IMG/VR virus record: IMGVR_UViG_2706794686_000005 | From: a virus | Lineage: Duplodnaviria; Heunggongvirae; Uroviricota; Caudoviricetes | Reading direction: 5' to 3' (one strand) | Length of the DNA stretch: 7,517 nt | Shown: one piece after another, positions 1 to 6,696 of the stretch | Numbering within the stretch: position 1 is the stretch's first letter | Layout of the letters: each line of letters starts with the position of its first letter | Position numbers and translations under genes: made by a program | The notes under the pieces: generated by a model | Database searches by the model: none | Seen by the model: the letters and a program-made list of their open reading frames with translations, nothing else | What the model was told of the DNA's origin: nothing

Positions 1-87
1 CCCCGGCAGCCTTCAGGGAAAAATATCATCAGATGGCTGCTTAAAAAAAGAACAAATGGTAGTGTCCGCTATTGCCAGTACACCTCA
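1..87. repeat. Left copy of an 87-bp perfect inverted repeat; its reverse complement is 7420..7506
   Basis: Manual reverse-complement of 7420..7506 matches 1..87 base for base; match breaks at 88 vs 7419. Window begins exactly at the repeat boundary. Confidence 0.9.
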
Positions 88-286
88 TCCATCACCGAAA
101 AAAATTGGCTTTTACACCATTGGCGATAAAAGCATTTACCTGTATGACCTACGCCGCATGGATGAAATCATGGAGGCTCTTGATAATCGTTCGTCGATGG
201 ATTGGTGTGTTGCTGTTCATGATATGAATGCAGGGTTTGATGAAAAGATTTTGTTCCCCTCATCAGTTGAAAGCACTGCGGGTTAA
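56..286 (+). CDS. Hypothetical protein (76 aa from ATG 56); frame is open back to position 2, so may be 5'-partial
   Basis: ORF in track; no Shine-Dalgarno before ATG 56 (aaaaaagaacaaATG); no in-frame stop between position 2 and 56; first 10 codons lie inside the inverted repeat. No family recognised. Confidence 0.35.
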   Translation: MVVSAIASTPHPSPKKIGFYTIGDKSIYLYDLRRMDEIMEALDNRSSMDWCVAVHDMNAGFDEKILFPSSVESTAG

Positions 287-296
287 GGAGTAACAC

Positions 297-464
297 ATGA
301 CCACTATTACCAAAGAACGTATTGAATTGTTCATTAAAAACCCGCTTGAAAACGGGCTTACCCGTGGTGAACAAATGGAACTGGCACGGATTGCGCTGGC
401 ATCGCTGGAAGCAGAGCCGGTTGTGTTCTGGTTTGAAAAATATCAAGAAGGGGCTACGGCATGA
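297..464 (+). CDS. Small hypothetical phage protein, 55 aa ([12 protein letters not shown]...); not in the ORF track (below length cutoff)
   Basis: Strong RBS AAGGAG at 285..290, 6 nt before ATG 297; stop TGA overlaps next start as ATGA at 461..464; shares motif [10 protein letters not shown] with the 114-aa ORF downstream. Confidence 0.5.
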   Translation: MTTITKERIELFIKNPLENGLTRGEQMELARIALASLEAEPVVFWFEKYQEGATA

Positions 465-805
465 CGACTTTTACCAGAGAGCAGTTAATAGCTCACGCAG
501 AGGAGACTATTGAAGCACAGAGACTGTGCATACCGGGCACAATCGACCATGACATCATCCGCACATATAAGATGGATATTGCTGTTCTGGAAATCGCACT
601 GGTATCGCTGGCAGCAGAGCCAGCCGGTAAATTGCATGAATACAAACCAGTGGGATATCAGCGTCTGGTCGATGAGTTAACCATGCTGGTAAAGCAGTTA
701 ACCTGGCAACTGAGGAAAGCGAAGCCAGACTGCAAATTACCGGATAAGGCGATGAGTTATCTGGAGCGGAACGGACTGATAAGCGTGGAGGATATTTTAC
801 GATGA
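461..805 (+). CDS. Hypothetical phage nin-region protein, 114 aa
   Basis: ORF in track; ATGA overlap with upstream ORF; purine-rich aagggg 8 nt upstream; paralogous motifs shared with the 55-aa and 80-aa ORFs. No family recognised. Confidence 0.55.
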   Translation: MTTFTREQLIAHAEETIEAQRLCIPGTIDHDIIRTYKMDIAVLEIALVSLAAEPAGKLHEYKPVGYQRLVDELTMLVKQLTWQLRKAKPDCKLPDKAMSYLERNGLISVEDILR

Positions 806-885
806 CCTGGCCTGAAGCATTAACAACGGTAGGAATTGCGATGGCGGTGGCGCTGGTGGTGTATTCGATTTGCCGCTGGGGATAA
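802..885 (+). CDS. Putative small hydrophobic peptide, 27 aa ([27 protein letters not shown])
   Basis: ATG 802 overlaps the stop of the 114-aa ORF (ATGA); single predicted membrane-spanning hydrophobic stretch; too short for statistical support. Confidence 0.25.
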   Translation: MTWPEALTTVGIAMAVALVVYSICRWG

Positions 886-1096
886 AAACGGTTTGCGGGA
901 AAAGGAGAGTTAAGTAGAATTGCAGCGGGTGCTTGAGGCTATCTGTCTCAGGCATGAACACCAAAAGGCAGATAGAGAAAAGCCCCAGTTAACATTACGC
1001 GTCCGGCAAGACGCTTAACATTAATCTGAGGCTCAATCTATGAACGGCAAATCTAGGTTAGCCTCTTACGTGCCGAAAGGCAAGGAGAAGCAGGCT

Positions 1097-1252
1097 ATGA
1101 AGCAGCAAAAGGCGATGTTAATCGCCCTGATCGTCATCTGTTTAACCGTCATAGTGACGGCACTGGTAACGAGGAAAGACCTCTGCGAGGTACGAATTCG
1201 AACCGGCCAGACGGAGGTCGCTGTCTTCACAGCTTACGAACCTGAGGAGTAA
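1097..1252 (+). CDS. hokD: Hok/Gef family type I toxin, 51 aa (host-killing membrane peptide); closest to HokD/RelF by memory
   Basis: Translation MKQQKAMLIALIVICLTVIVTALVTRKDLCEVRIRTGQTEVAVFTAYEPEE matches the Hok family signature (N-terminal TM helix, conserved Cys, C-terminal TGQTEVAVFTAYE) as I recall it; SD AGGAG at 1083..1087. An in-frame upstream ATG at 1040 (SD GAGG 1028..1031) would give a 70-aa extended form. Confidence 0.85.
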   Translation: MKQQKAMLIALIVICLTVIVTALVTRKDLCEVRIRTGQTEVAVFTAYEPEE

Positions 1253-1320
1253 GAGACCAGGCGGGGGAGAAATCCCTCGCCACCTCTGATGGGGCAGGCA
1301 TCCTCAATGCACCCACACTT

Positions 1321-1347
1321 AACCCGCTTCGGCGGGTTTTTGTTTTT
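1321..1347 (+). terminator. Rho-independent terminator after hok
   Basis: Stem CCCGC (1323..1327), TTCG tetraloop, GCGGG (1332..1336), followed by TTTTTGTTTTTATTTT. Confidence 0.7.
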
Positions 1348-1360
1348 ATTTTCAACGCGT

Positions 1361-1390
1361 TTGAAGTTTTAGATGGTGCCGGAATAGAAT
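1361..1390 (+). promoter_or_regulatory. Putative sigma70 promoter for the downstream operon
   Basis: TTGAAG (1361..1366), 18-nt spacer, TAGAAT (1385..1390); sequence match only. Confidence 0.3.
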
Positions 1391-1472
1391 CAAAAATACT
1401 TAAGTAGCGCGCAGGGAGAAGAGGGATGGACCCCGAACAGGGGAGTGCTATTTATCTGGAAGGATTCTGTTG

Positions 1473-1754
1473 ATGAAAATCGAAGAATTACGTGAAATTT
1501 TTAGTGAAGATGGCCTCTATACTGTGCGCGTTGAGAATGGCGCTATTGTCAGCCACTGCCTTCCAGACTACACAATTCTGATAATTCAGCCGTCTTTGCC
1601 AGCAGGCACGGGCGGCGCTCTCACGCATTTAAATCTGATTGGTACCAGCATCCCCCATGCACTGAAGAACAGGCCGAATGGCTCATTCAGTGTTACCGCA
1701 GGCGCGGATGCGAGGTTAAAAAAGCCCTTAGCCTCGACTACCGTCACTGGATAA
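1473..1754 (+). CDS. Hypothetical protein, 93 aa (MKIEELREIFSEDGLY...)
   Basis: ORF in track (TTG 1470 / ATG 1473); SD GGAAGGA at 1459..1465. Sits where rem-like genes lie upstream of ydfU in some prophages, but family not recognised. Confidence 0.45.
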   Translation: MKIEELREIFSEDGLYTVRVENGAIVSHCLPDYTILIIQPSLPAGTGGALTHLNLIGTSIPHALKNRPNGSFSVTAGADARLKKPLASTTVTG

Positions 1755-1829
1755 TCTCCGTCAGGCTCCCTTACTCCGAACGGCCAACGCGTCCGTCCCG
1801 CACATTCCAGCAACGGATCTGGAGGTAAT

Positions 1830-2888
1830 GTGCGGGTATTACTTCGACCTGTTCTGGTACCGGAACTCGGTCTGGTTATCGTTAAGCCAGGCCGTGAATC
1901 AATGTCAGCATTCCATAACGGCAGAATACTGGTGGAGCCGGAACCAAAAAGCATGCGTAATCTGCCGTCCGGGGTCGTTCCTGCCGCTCGCCAGCCGCTG
2001 GTGGAAGACAAAACATTGCTGCCGTTTTTCAGTAACGCACGGGTGATTCGTGCTGCTGGTGGTGCTGGTGCATTGTCTGACTGGCTGTTGCGCCATATTA
2101 AATCCTGCCAGTGGCCACACGGCGATTATCATCACAGCGAAACCGTCATTCACCGTTATGGTACCGGCGCAATGGTGTTGTGCTGGCACTGCGACAACCA
2201 GCTGCGTGACCAGACATCCGAATCACTCGAGCAACTTGCTCATCAAAACCTGTCAGCATGGATGATTGACGTCATCGGTCACGCAATAAGCGGTACGCAG
2301 GAGCGTGAATTATCTCTGGCTGAATTATCCTGGTGGGCGGTCCGCAATCAGGTGGCGGACGCGCTACCGGAAGCGGTATTACGTCGTTCGCTGGGGTTGC
2401 GTGCGGAAAAAATTCGCTCTGTGTACAGTGAAAGCGACATCATACCGGGAGAGCAGACAGCCACCAGCATACTGAAGCAGCGCACAAAAAATATTGCGTT
2501 ACTGCCTCACGTCCACCAGCAACAGAACCCACCACAGGAAAAGACGGTGGTCAGCATTGCCGTTGATCCGGAGTCACCGGCTCAGTATCTCCAGCGCCAG
2601 AAATCACAACGGGAAGAGATGCCTGTATACACGCGCTGGGTAAAAACGCAGAAATGCATGACGTGTGGCAATCAGGCAGATGATCCGCATCACATCATTG
2701 GTCATGGACTGGGAGGGATGGGAACAAAGGCTGATGATTTGTTTGTTATTCCGTTATGCCGTAAATGCCGTAACGAACTACATGCCGGAGTAAAAGATTT
2801 TGAAGAGAAACACGGCAGTCAGCTGTTGTTGCTGATTCGTTTTTTAATGCACGCGAGAAATTCGGGTGTTCTGAAGTGGAAAGCATAA
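1830..2888 (+). CDS. YdfU-like DUF968 family prophage protein, 352 aa, with C-terminal Cys/His cluster
   Basis: Long ORF; GGAGG at 1821..1825 before GTG 1830 (alternative start ATG 1902); C-terminal motif CMTCGNQADDPHH...CRKCRNELH resembles the DUF968 zinc-binding region; position immediately upstream of rusA and Q is typical. Confidence 0.75.
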   Translation: MRVLLRPVLVPELGLVIVKPGRESMSAFHNGRILVEPEPKSMRNLPSGVVPAARQPLVEDKTLLPFFSNARVIRAAGGAGALSDWLLRHIKSCQWPHGDYHHSETVIHRYGTGAMVLCWHCDNQLRDQTSESLEQLAHQNLSAWMIDVIGHAISGTQERELSLAELSWWAVRNQVADALPEAVLRRSLGLRAEKIRSVYSESDIIPGEQTATSILKQRTKNIALLPHVHQQQNPPQEKTVVSIAVDPESPAQYLQRQKSQREEMPVYTRWVKTQKCMTCGNQADDPHHIIGHGLGGMGTKADDLFVIPLCRKCRNELHAGVKDFEEKHGSQLLLLIRFLMHARNSGVLKWKA

Positions 2889-3269
2889 ATGACCGAGCGC
2901 ATAGAATTTGTTTTACCTTACCCGCCGACGGTGAACACTTACTGGCGTCGTCGTGGCAGCACATATTTTGTATCAAAAGCCGGGGAGCGTTATCGCCGGG
3001 CAGTGGCGCTTATTGTTCGCCAGCAGCGGCTGAAATTAAGCCTGTCCGGAAGGTTGGCAATAAAAATTATTGCAGAACCACCGGATAAGCGCCGCCGTGA
3101 CCTGGACAATATTCTGAAAGCGCCGCTGGATGCGCTGACGCATGCGGGGTTGCTAATGGACGATGAGCAGTTTGATGAAATCAATATCGTTCGTGCTCAG
3201 CCAGTATCTGGTGGACGTCTGGGGGTGAAGATTTATCCCATAATGCTTGAAGGGCAGGTCAAAAAATGA
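2889..3269 (+). CDS. rusA: Crossover junction endodeoxyribonuclease RusA (Holliday junction resolvase), copy 1, 126 aa
   Basis: Translation contains the RusA acidic core PDKRRRDLDN...DALT...DDEQ; start abuts the ydfU-like stop; stop overlaps next ATG (ATGA). Confidence 0.9.
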   Translation: MTERIEFVLPYPPTVNTYWRRRGSTYFVSKAGERYRRAVALIVRQQRLKLSLSGRLAIKIIAEPPDKRRRDLDNILKAPLDALTHAGLLMDDEQFDEINIVRAQPVSGGRLGVKIYPIMLEGQVKK

Positions 3270-3471
3270 AACTGGAAGATTTACCGAAATACTACTCCCC
3301 AAAATCCCCCGGCCTGACTGATGCATCGGCCTCAACGTCGAAAGATGCGCTGAGTATCACTGATGTGATGGCCGCGCAGGGCATGACACAGAATCGGGCT
3401 GAGATGGGGGTTTCTGCGTTCCTTGGGAAAATGGGCATTAGTATGAATGACAGAGAGCGGGCAACAGAATT
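3266..3471 (+). CDS. Lambda-Q-family antiterminator, N-terminal 69 codons only; 3' part lost in N-run 3472..3721 and probably truncated or chimeric
   Basis: MKLEDLPKYYSPKSPGLTDASASTSKDALSITDVMAAQGM... aligns with the lambda Q N-terminus (MRLESVAKFHSPKSPMMSD...SGTDVMAAMGM). In-frame sequence after the gap (WLSGDSGGQSTDIFCLWTRKVHGCFPLP*) does not resemble a Q C-terminus, and the total would be 180 aa at most. Confidence 0.5.
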
Positions 3472-3721
3472 NNNNNNNNNNNNNNNNNNNNNNNNNNNNN
3501 NNNNNNNNNNNNNNNNNNNNNNNNNNNNNNNNNNNNNNNNNNNNNNNNNNNNNNNNNNNNNNNNNNNNNNNNNNNNNNNNNNNNNNNNNNNNNNNNNNNN
3601 NNNNNNNNNNNNNNNNNNNNNNNNNNNNNNNNNNNNNNNNNNNNNNNNNNNNNNNNNNNNNNNNNNNNNNNNNNNNNNNNNNNNNNNNNNNNNNNNNNNN
3701 NNNNNNNNNNNNNNNNNNNNN
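3472..3721. other. N-run, 250 nt of unresolved or masked sequence
   Basis: Run of n in the sequence. Confidence 1.
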
Positions 3722-3887
3722 TGGTTGTCTGGAGATTCAGGGGGCCAGTCTACGGACATTTTCTGCCTGTGGACCAGGAAAGTGCACGGGTGCTTTCCAC
3801 TCCCATGAAGCCCGGCAATCCGCGCAGATACAGTAATAAACGAACTGACAGCAGTAAGATGGAGCGTTTCTTTTGAACAACCAGACA

Positions 3888-4130
3888 ATGACTTTTACCC
3901 CTGAACAATTGCGTAAACACGCGCAGGAAATGCTGCGTCATGCTGAACAACTCGAAAAAACGGGCATAACAAAAGACGCTATCCGTAAAGATATGGTACC
4001 CGCGCTTCGGGAACTGATGCAGGCGAAGCATCGCGCACAGAAAGCAGTAGATGAGCTGGTGGACTGTGTGGCAGAGCTGGAAACCAGAGTCGGAAAGTTT
4101 GAAAAACTGGTGCAGGAGGTGCTGCGCTGA
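3888..4130 (+). CDS. Hypothetical protein, 80 aa from ATG 3888 (85 aa from TTG 3873); predicted helical/coiled-coil
   Basis: ORF in track; stop TGA 4128..4130 overlaps the rusA copy 2 start (TGATG); N-terminus MTFTPEQLRKHAQE resembles the 114-aa [18 protein letters not shown]; weak RBS. Confidence 0.45.
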   Translation: MTFTPEQLRKHAQEMLRHAEQLEKTGITKDAIRKDMVPALRELMQAKHRAQKAVDELVDCVAELETRVGKFEKLVQEVLR

Positions 4131-4504
4131 TGCGCCATGAGTTTATTTTACCTTATCCGCCGACGGTGAATACTTACTGGCGACGTCGTGACAACACATA
4201 TTTTGTATCAAAAGCCGGTGAGCGTTATCGCCGGGATGTGGCGCTTATTGTCCGTCAGCAGCGACTGAAATTAAGCCTGTCCGGAAGACTGGCGATAAAG
4301 ATTATTGCAGAGCCACCGGATAAGCGCCGTCGTGACCTGGACAATATCCTGAAAGCACCACTGGATGCACTGACACATGCGGGAGTGTTAATGGACGATG
4401 AGCAGTTTGATGAAATCAATATCGTTCGTGGTCAGCCAGTATCTGGTGGACGTCTGGGGGTGAAGATTTACCCCATAATGCATGAAGAGCAGGTCAAAAA
4501 ATGA
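4130..4504 (+). CDS. rusA: Crossover junction endodeoxyribonuclease RusA, copy 2, 124 aa; divergent paralogue of copy 1
   Basis: Same RusA core motifs; SD AGGAGG at 4113..4118; differs from copy 1 at the N-terminus and at 7 internal residues, with many synonymous nucleotide differences. Confidence 0.9.
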   Translation: MRHEFILPYPPTVNTYWRRRDNTYFVSKAGERYRRDVALIVRQQRLKLSLSGRLAIKIIAEPPDKRRRDLDNILKAPLDALTHAGVLMDDEQFDEINIVRGQPVSGGRLGVKIYPIMHEEQVKK

Positions 4505-5175
4505 AACTGGAAGATTTACNNNNNNNNNNNNNNNNNNNNNNNNNNNNNNNNNNNNNNNNNNNNNNNNNNNNNNNNNNNNNNNNNNNNNNNNNNNNNNNNN
4601 NNNNNNNNNNNNNNNNNNNNNNNNNNNNNNNNNNNNNNNNNNNNNNNNNNNNNNNNNNNNNNNNNNNNNGCCCTTGTTGCTATGGGGAAAAATTTATTGA
4701 AAGCGTAGTTTTTACAAACAAGGTCCAGTATCCGGATGGTAAGCCGCCGGTATGGGCAAAGTGTACGAAAGGTGTGTATCCGTCTTACTGGGAAGAATGG
4801 AAAAAAGTCAGGGAGGTGGTAAAAGTTGCCTGTCCGGAGTGTGGCGGAAAGGGTGAGGTTTCCACCGCCTGTAAGGATTGCCGTGGGCGTGGTGTCGCCA
4901 TTCATCGTGAAGAGTCGGTAAAACGTGGTATGCCTGTTATCAGAGACTGCCAGCGTTGTGGTGGTCGTGGCTATGAAAGACTACCATCAACGGAGGCATT
5001 TAATGCTATATGCGAGGTGACAAACCAGATAACACGCGCGTCATGGGAAAAAACAGTTAAGAAATTCTATGATGCGCTGGTGACTCGGTTTGATATTGAA
5101 GAAGCATGGGCTGAGCGGCAGTTAAAAAAGGTAACTAGGTTGATTTTTCCGGAATCTGTGGTAAATTCGTCATAA
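4501..5175 (+). CDS. Q: Lambda-Q-family late-gene antiterminator, 224 aa; codons 7..56 masked by N-run
   Basis: ATGA coupling to rusA; first 19 nt identical to the Q fragment at 3266; zinc-finger-like CPECGGKG...CKDCRGRG...CQRCGGRGY and C-terminal TVKKFYDALV parallel lambda Q (CRDCHGTG...CGRCKGVGY...TVKPLYDALV). Confidence 0.8.
   Translation: MKLEDLXXXXXXXXXXXXXXXXXXXXXXXXXXXXXXXXXXXXXXXXXXXXXXXXXXXPCCYGEKFIESVVFTNKVQYPDGKPPVWAKCTKGVYPSYWEEWKKVREVVKVACPECGGKGEVSTACKDCRGRGVAIHREESVKRGMPVIRDCQRCGGRGYERLPSTEAFNAICEVTNQITRASWEKTVKKFYDALVTRFDIEEAWAERQLKKVTRLIFPESVVNSS
4520..4669. other. N-run, 150 nt, inside Q
   Basis: Run of n in the sequence. Confidence 1.
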
Positions 5176-5178
5176 CTA

Positions 5179-5215
5179 TGGGCGTTTTATGCCTGACGTT
5201 AGAAGAGTTTCTACA
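5179..5215. repeat. 37-bp direct repeat, copy 1 (tgggcgttttatgcctgacgttagaagagtttctaca), ending at N-run
   Basis: Identical to 5483..5519; true extent unknown because the inner side of each copy abuts N. Confidence 0.85.
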
Positions 5216-5482
5216 NNNNNNNNNNNNNNNNNNNNNNNNNNNNNNNNNNNNNNNNNNNNNNNNNNNNNNNNNNNNNNNNNNNNNNNNNNNNNNNNNNNNN
5301 NNNNNNNNNNNNNNNNNNNNNNNNNNNNNNNNNNNNNNNNNNNNNNNNNNNNNNNNNNNNNNNNNNNNNNNNNNNNNNNNNNNNNNNNNNNNNNNNNNNN
5401 NNNNNNNNNNNNNNNNNNNNNNNNNNNNNNNNNNNNNNNNNNNNNNNNNNNNNNNNNNNNNNNNNNNNNNNNNNNNNNNNNN
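5216..5482. other. N-run, 267 nt, in the expected pR'/qut position downstream of Q
   Basis: Run of n in the sequence. Confidence 1.
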
Positions 5483-5519
5483 TGGGCGTTTTATGCCTGA
5501 CGTTAGAAGAGTTTCTACA
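5483..5519. repeat. 37-bp direct repeat, copy 2
   Basis: Identical to 5179..5215. Confidence 0.85.
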
Positions 5520-5520
5520 A

Positions 5521-5542
5521 CCCGCCGCCGAGCGGGTTTTTT
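5521..5542 (+). terminator. Rho-independent terminator, tR'-like, downstream of Q
   Basis: Stem CCCGC (5521..5525), loop CGCCGA, GCGGG (5532..5536), then TTTTTT; the CGGG-TTTTTTAT ending resembles the lambda tR' 3' end as I recall it. Confidence 0.65.
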
Positions 5543-5662
5543 ATGACTGAAATCGCGTCAGTACAGTAAACGCGCTGGTGGCGGTGAATACCTGTCTTTC
5601 AGCTTGCTGGCTTTTTCGACAAGAGTTATTGGTGTGTCACGTTAACCGGAAAAGGAAAAGAC

Positions 5663-6370
5663 ATGCTAAAACAGCAGGATATGACAGAAACCGCCAGAGT
5701 GGTGTTTAATGAATTAAGCGTTNNNNNNNNNNNNNNNNNNNNNNNNNNNNNNNNNNNNNNNNNNNNNNNNNNNNNNNNNNNNNNNNNNNNNNNNNNNNNN
5801 NNNNNNNNNNNNNNNNNNNNNNNNNNNNNNNNNNNNNNNNNNNNNNNNNNNNNNNNNNNNNNNNNNNNNNNNNNNNNNNNNNNNNNNNNNNNNNNNNNNN
5901 NNNNNNNNNNNNNNNNNNNNNNNNNNNNNNNNNNNNNNNNNNNNNNNNNNNNNNNNNNNNNNNNNNNNNNNNNNNNNNNNNNNNNNNNNNNNNNNNNNNN
6001 NNNNNNNNNNNNNNNNNNGATTGAGTGTTTGTTATACGGTCTAATGGTTTTTTCAGCATTAAATATTTATCATTCATATGGTGTGGGTAGAGTGAATATT
6101 GATGAGGCGTCGGGGTGTTTCATCCTTAGGCAGCGTATTGATATAGTCAATGCAGCACGAGCAAAGGCCTTCAGCCGTTTGACAGTTTTGTTCTGTACTC
6201 CTGATCGTCTTTCGGGAAGAGACGTTATTATTCTGAATAGTGATGCTATACAGAGGGTTTGCGATGAGTTCATGGTTGCTAATTCAGAATTATTTGCTCT
6301 TGTTCAGGAGTACAACAGAATAGCCAGGACCTGTGGTATGGATGAACTTCGGATTACTCATCTGGGGTAG
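5663..6370 (+). CDS. Hypothetical cargo protein; 235 aa only if N-run 5723..6018 preserves frame and hides no stop; otherwise two genes
   Basis: Good RBS (aaaaggaaaag) before ATG 5663; 117 open codons after the gap; AT-rich codon usage with rare AGG/AGA/ATA/CTA; competing minus-strand ORF 5706..6077 lacks an RBS. No family recognised. Confidence 0.4.
   Translation: MLKQQDMTETARVVFNELSVXXXXXXXXXXXXXXXXXXXXXXXXXXXXXXXXXXXXXXXXXXXXXXXXXXXXXXXXXXXXXXXXXXXXXXXXXXXXXXXXXXXXXXXXXXXXXXXXXXXIECLLYGLMVFSALNIYHSYGVGRVNIDEASGCFILRQRIDIVNAARAKAFSRLTVLFCTPDRLSGRDVIILNSDAIQRVCDEFMVANSELFALVQEYNRIARTCGMDELRITHLG
5723..6018. other. N-run, 296 nt, inside the cargo ORF
   Basis: Run of n in the sequence. Confidence 1.
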
Positions 6371-6696
6371 ATACATATCTGGATTATCACCTGTTACGGT
6401 AAAAAGTGATTGCTTACTGTTTTTGTGAATGGCATTGCAGCAGCCGGATAATGTCAGTGCTGGCTGACGGTGTGCTGGTGGCGGGTGTGGTGGTTGTTGC
6501 TTTCCCGTTGCTGAAAAAGAAAACGCCAGACTGTTAGCCGGGTATCAGTTAGCGGGAGAAATTTTTAAATACTTCACAATTCAGGCGGTTGACTGTTGTC
6601 TGGTTTGCGGGGAGTTTGTTAAAAGAAACTGGCATGGTGAATCCCCCTGTGCGGAGGGGCTGTTTATATTGATTTTGTCAGATGTGAGTAAACTCC

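Noticed and set aside
168-446. Minus-strand 92-aa ORF
   Set aside because: Lies antisense to two plus-strand ORFs that have good RBSs and coupling; no RBS; likely a shadow ORF.
1040-1252. 70-aa ORF as the Hok product
   Set aside because: The Hok family protein is about 50 aa, and the internal ATG at 1097 has a strong AGGAG SD; the upstream in-frame start is kept only as a possible leader or mok-like initiation site.
1586-2189. Minus-strand ORFs 1586..2011 and 1905..2189, and plus-strand alternative-frame ORFs 1828..2046 and 2050..2265
   Set aside because: All overlap the long YdfU-like reading frame, which has the recognisable C-terminal motif; treated as frame shadows.
2746-3335. Minus-strand ORFs 2746..2976, 2990..3184, 3153..3335 and plus-strand 2876..3088
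   Set aside because: Overlap rusA copy 1 and its neighbours, whose translations carry RusA and Q motifs.
3292-4138. Minus-strand ORFs 3292..3888, 3750..4031, 3938..4138 and plus-strand 3447..3836
   Set aside because: Antisense to or out of frame with the Q-like fragment and the 80-aa ORF, or held open only by N translated as X; no RBS support.
4482-4905. ORFs 4482..4700 (+) and 4516..4905 (-)
   Set aside because: Kept open by the N-run; overlap the Q reading frame that carries the zinc-finger motif.
5178-5546. ORFs 5178..5546 and 5189..5500 (+)
   Set aside because: Consist almost entirely of N translated as X between the two 37-bp repeat copies; artefacts of the gap.
5706-6273. Minus-strand ORFs 5706..6077 and 6070..6273
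   Set aside because: No RBS before the 6077 start (ctacccacaccATG), and they overlap the longer plus-strand frame that has a strong RBS at 5663; not excluded, but less likely.
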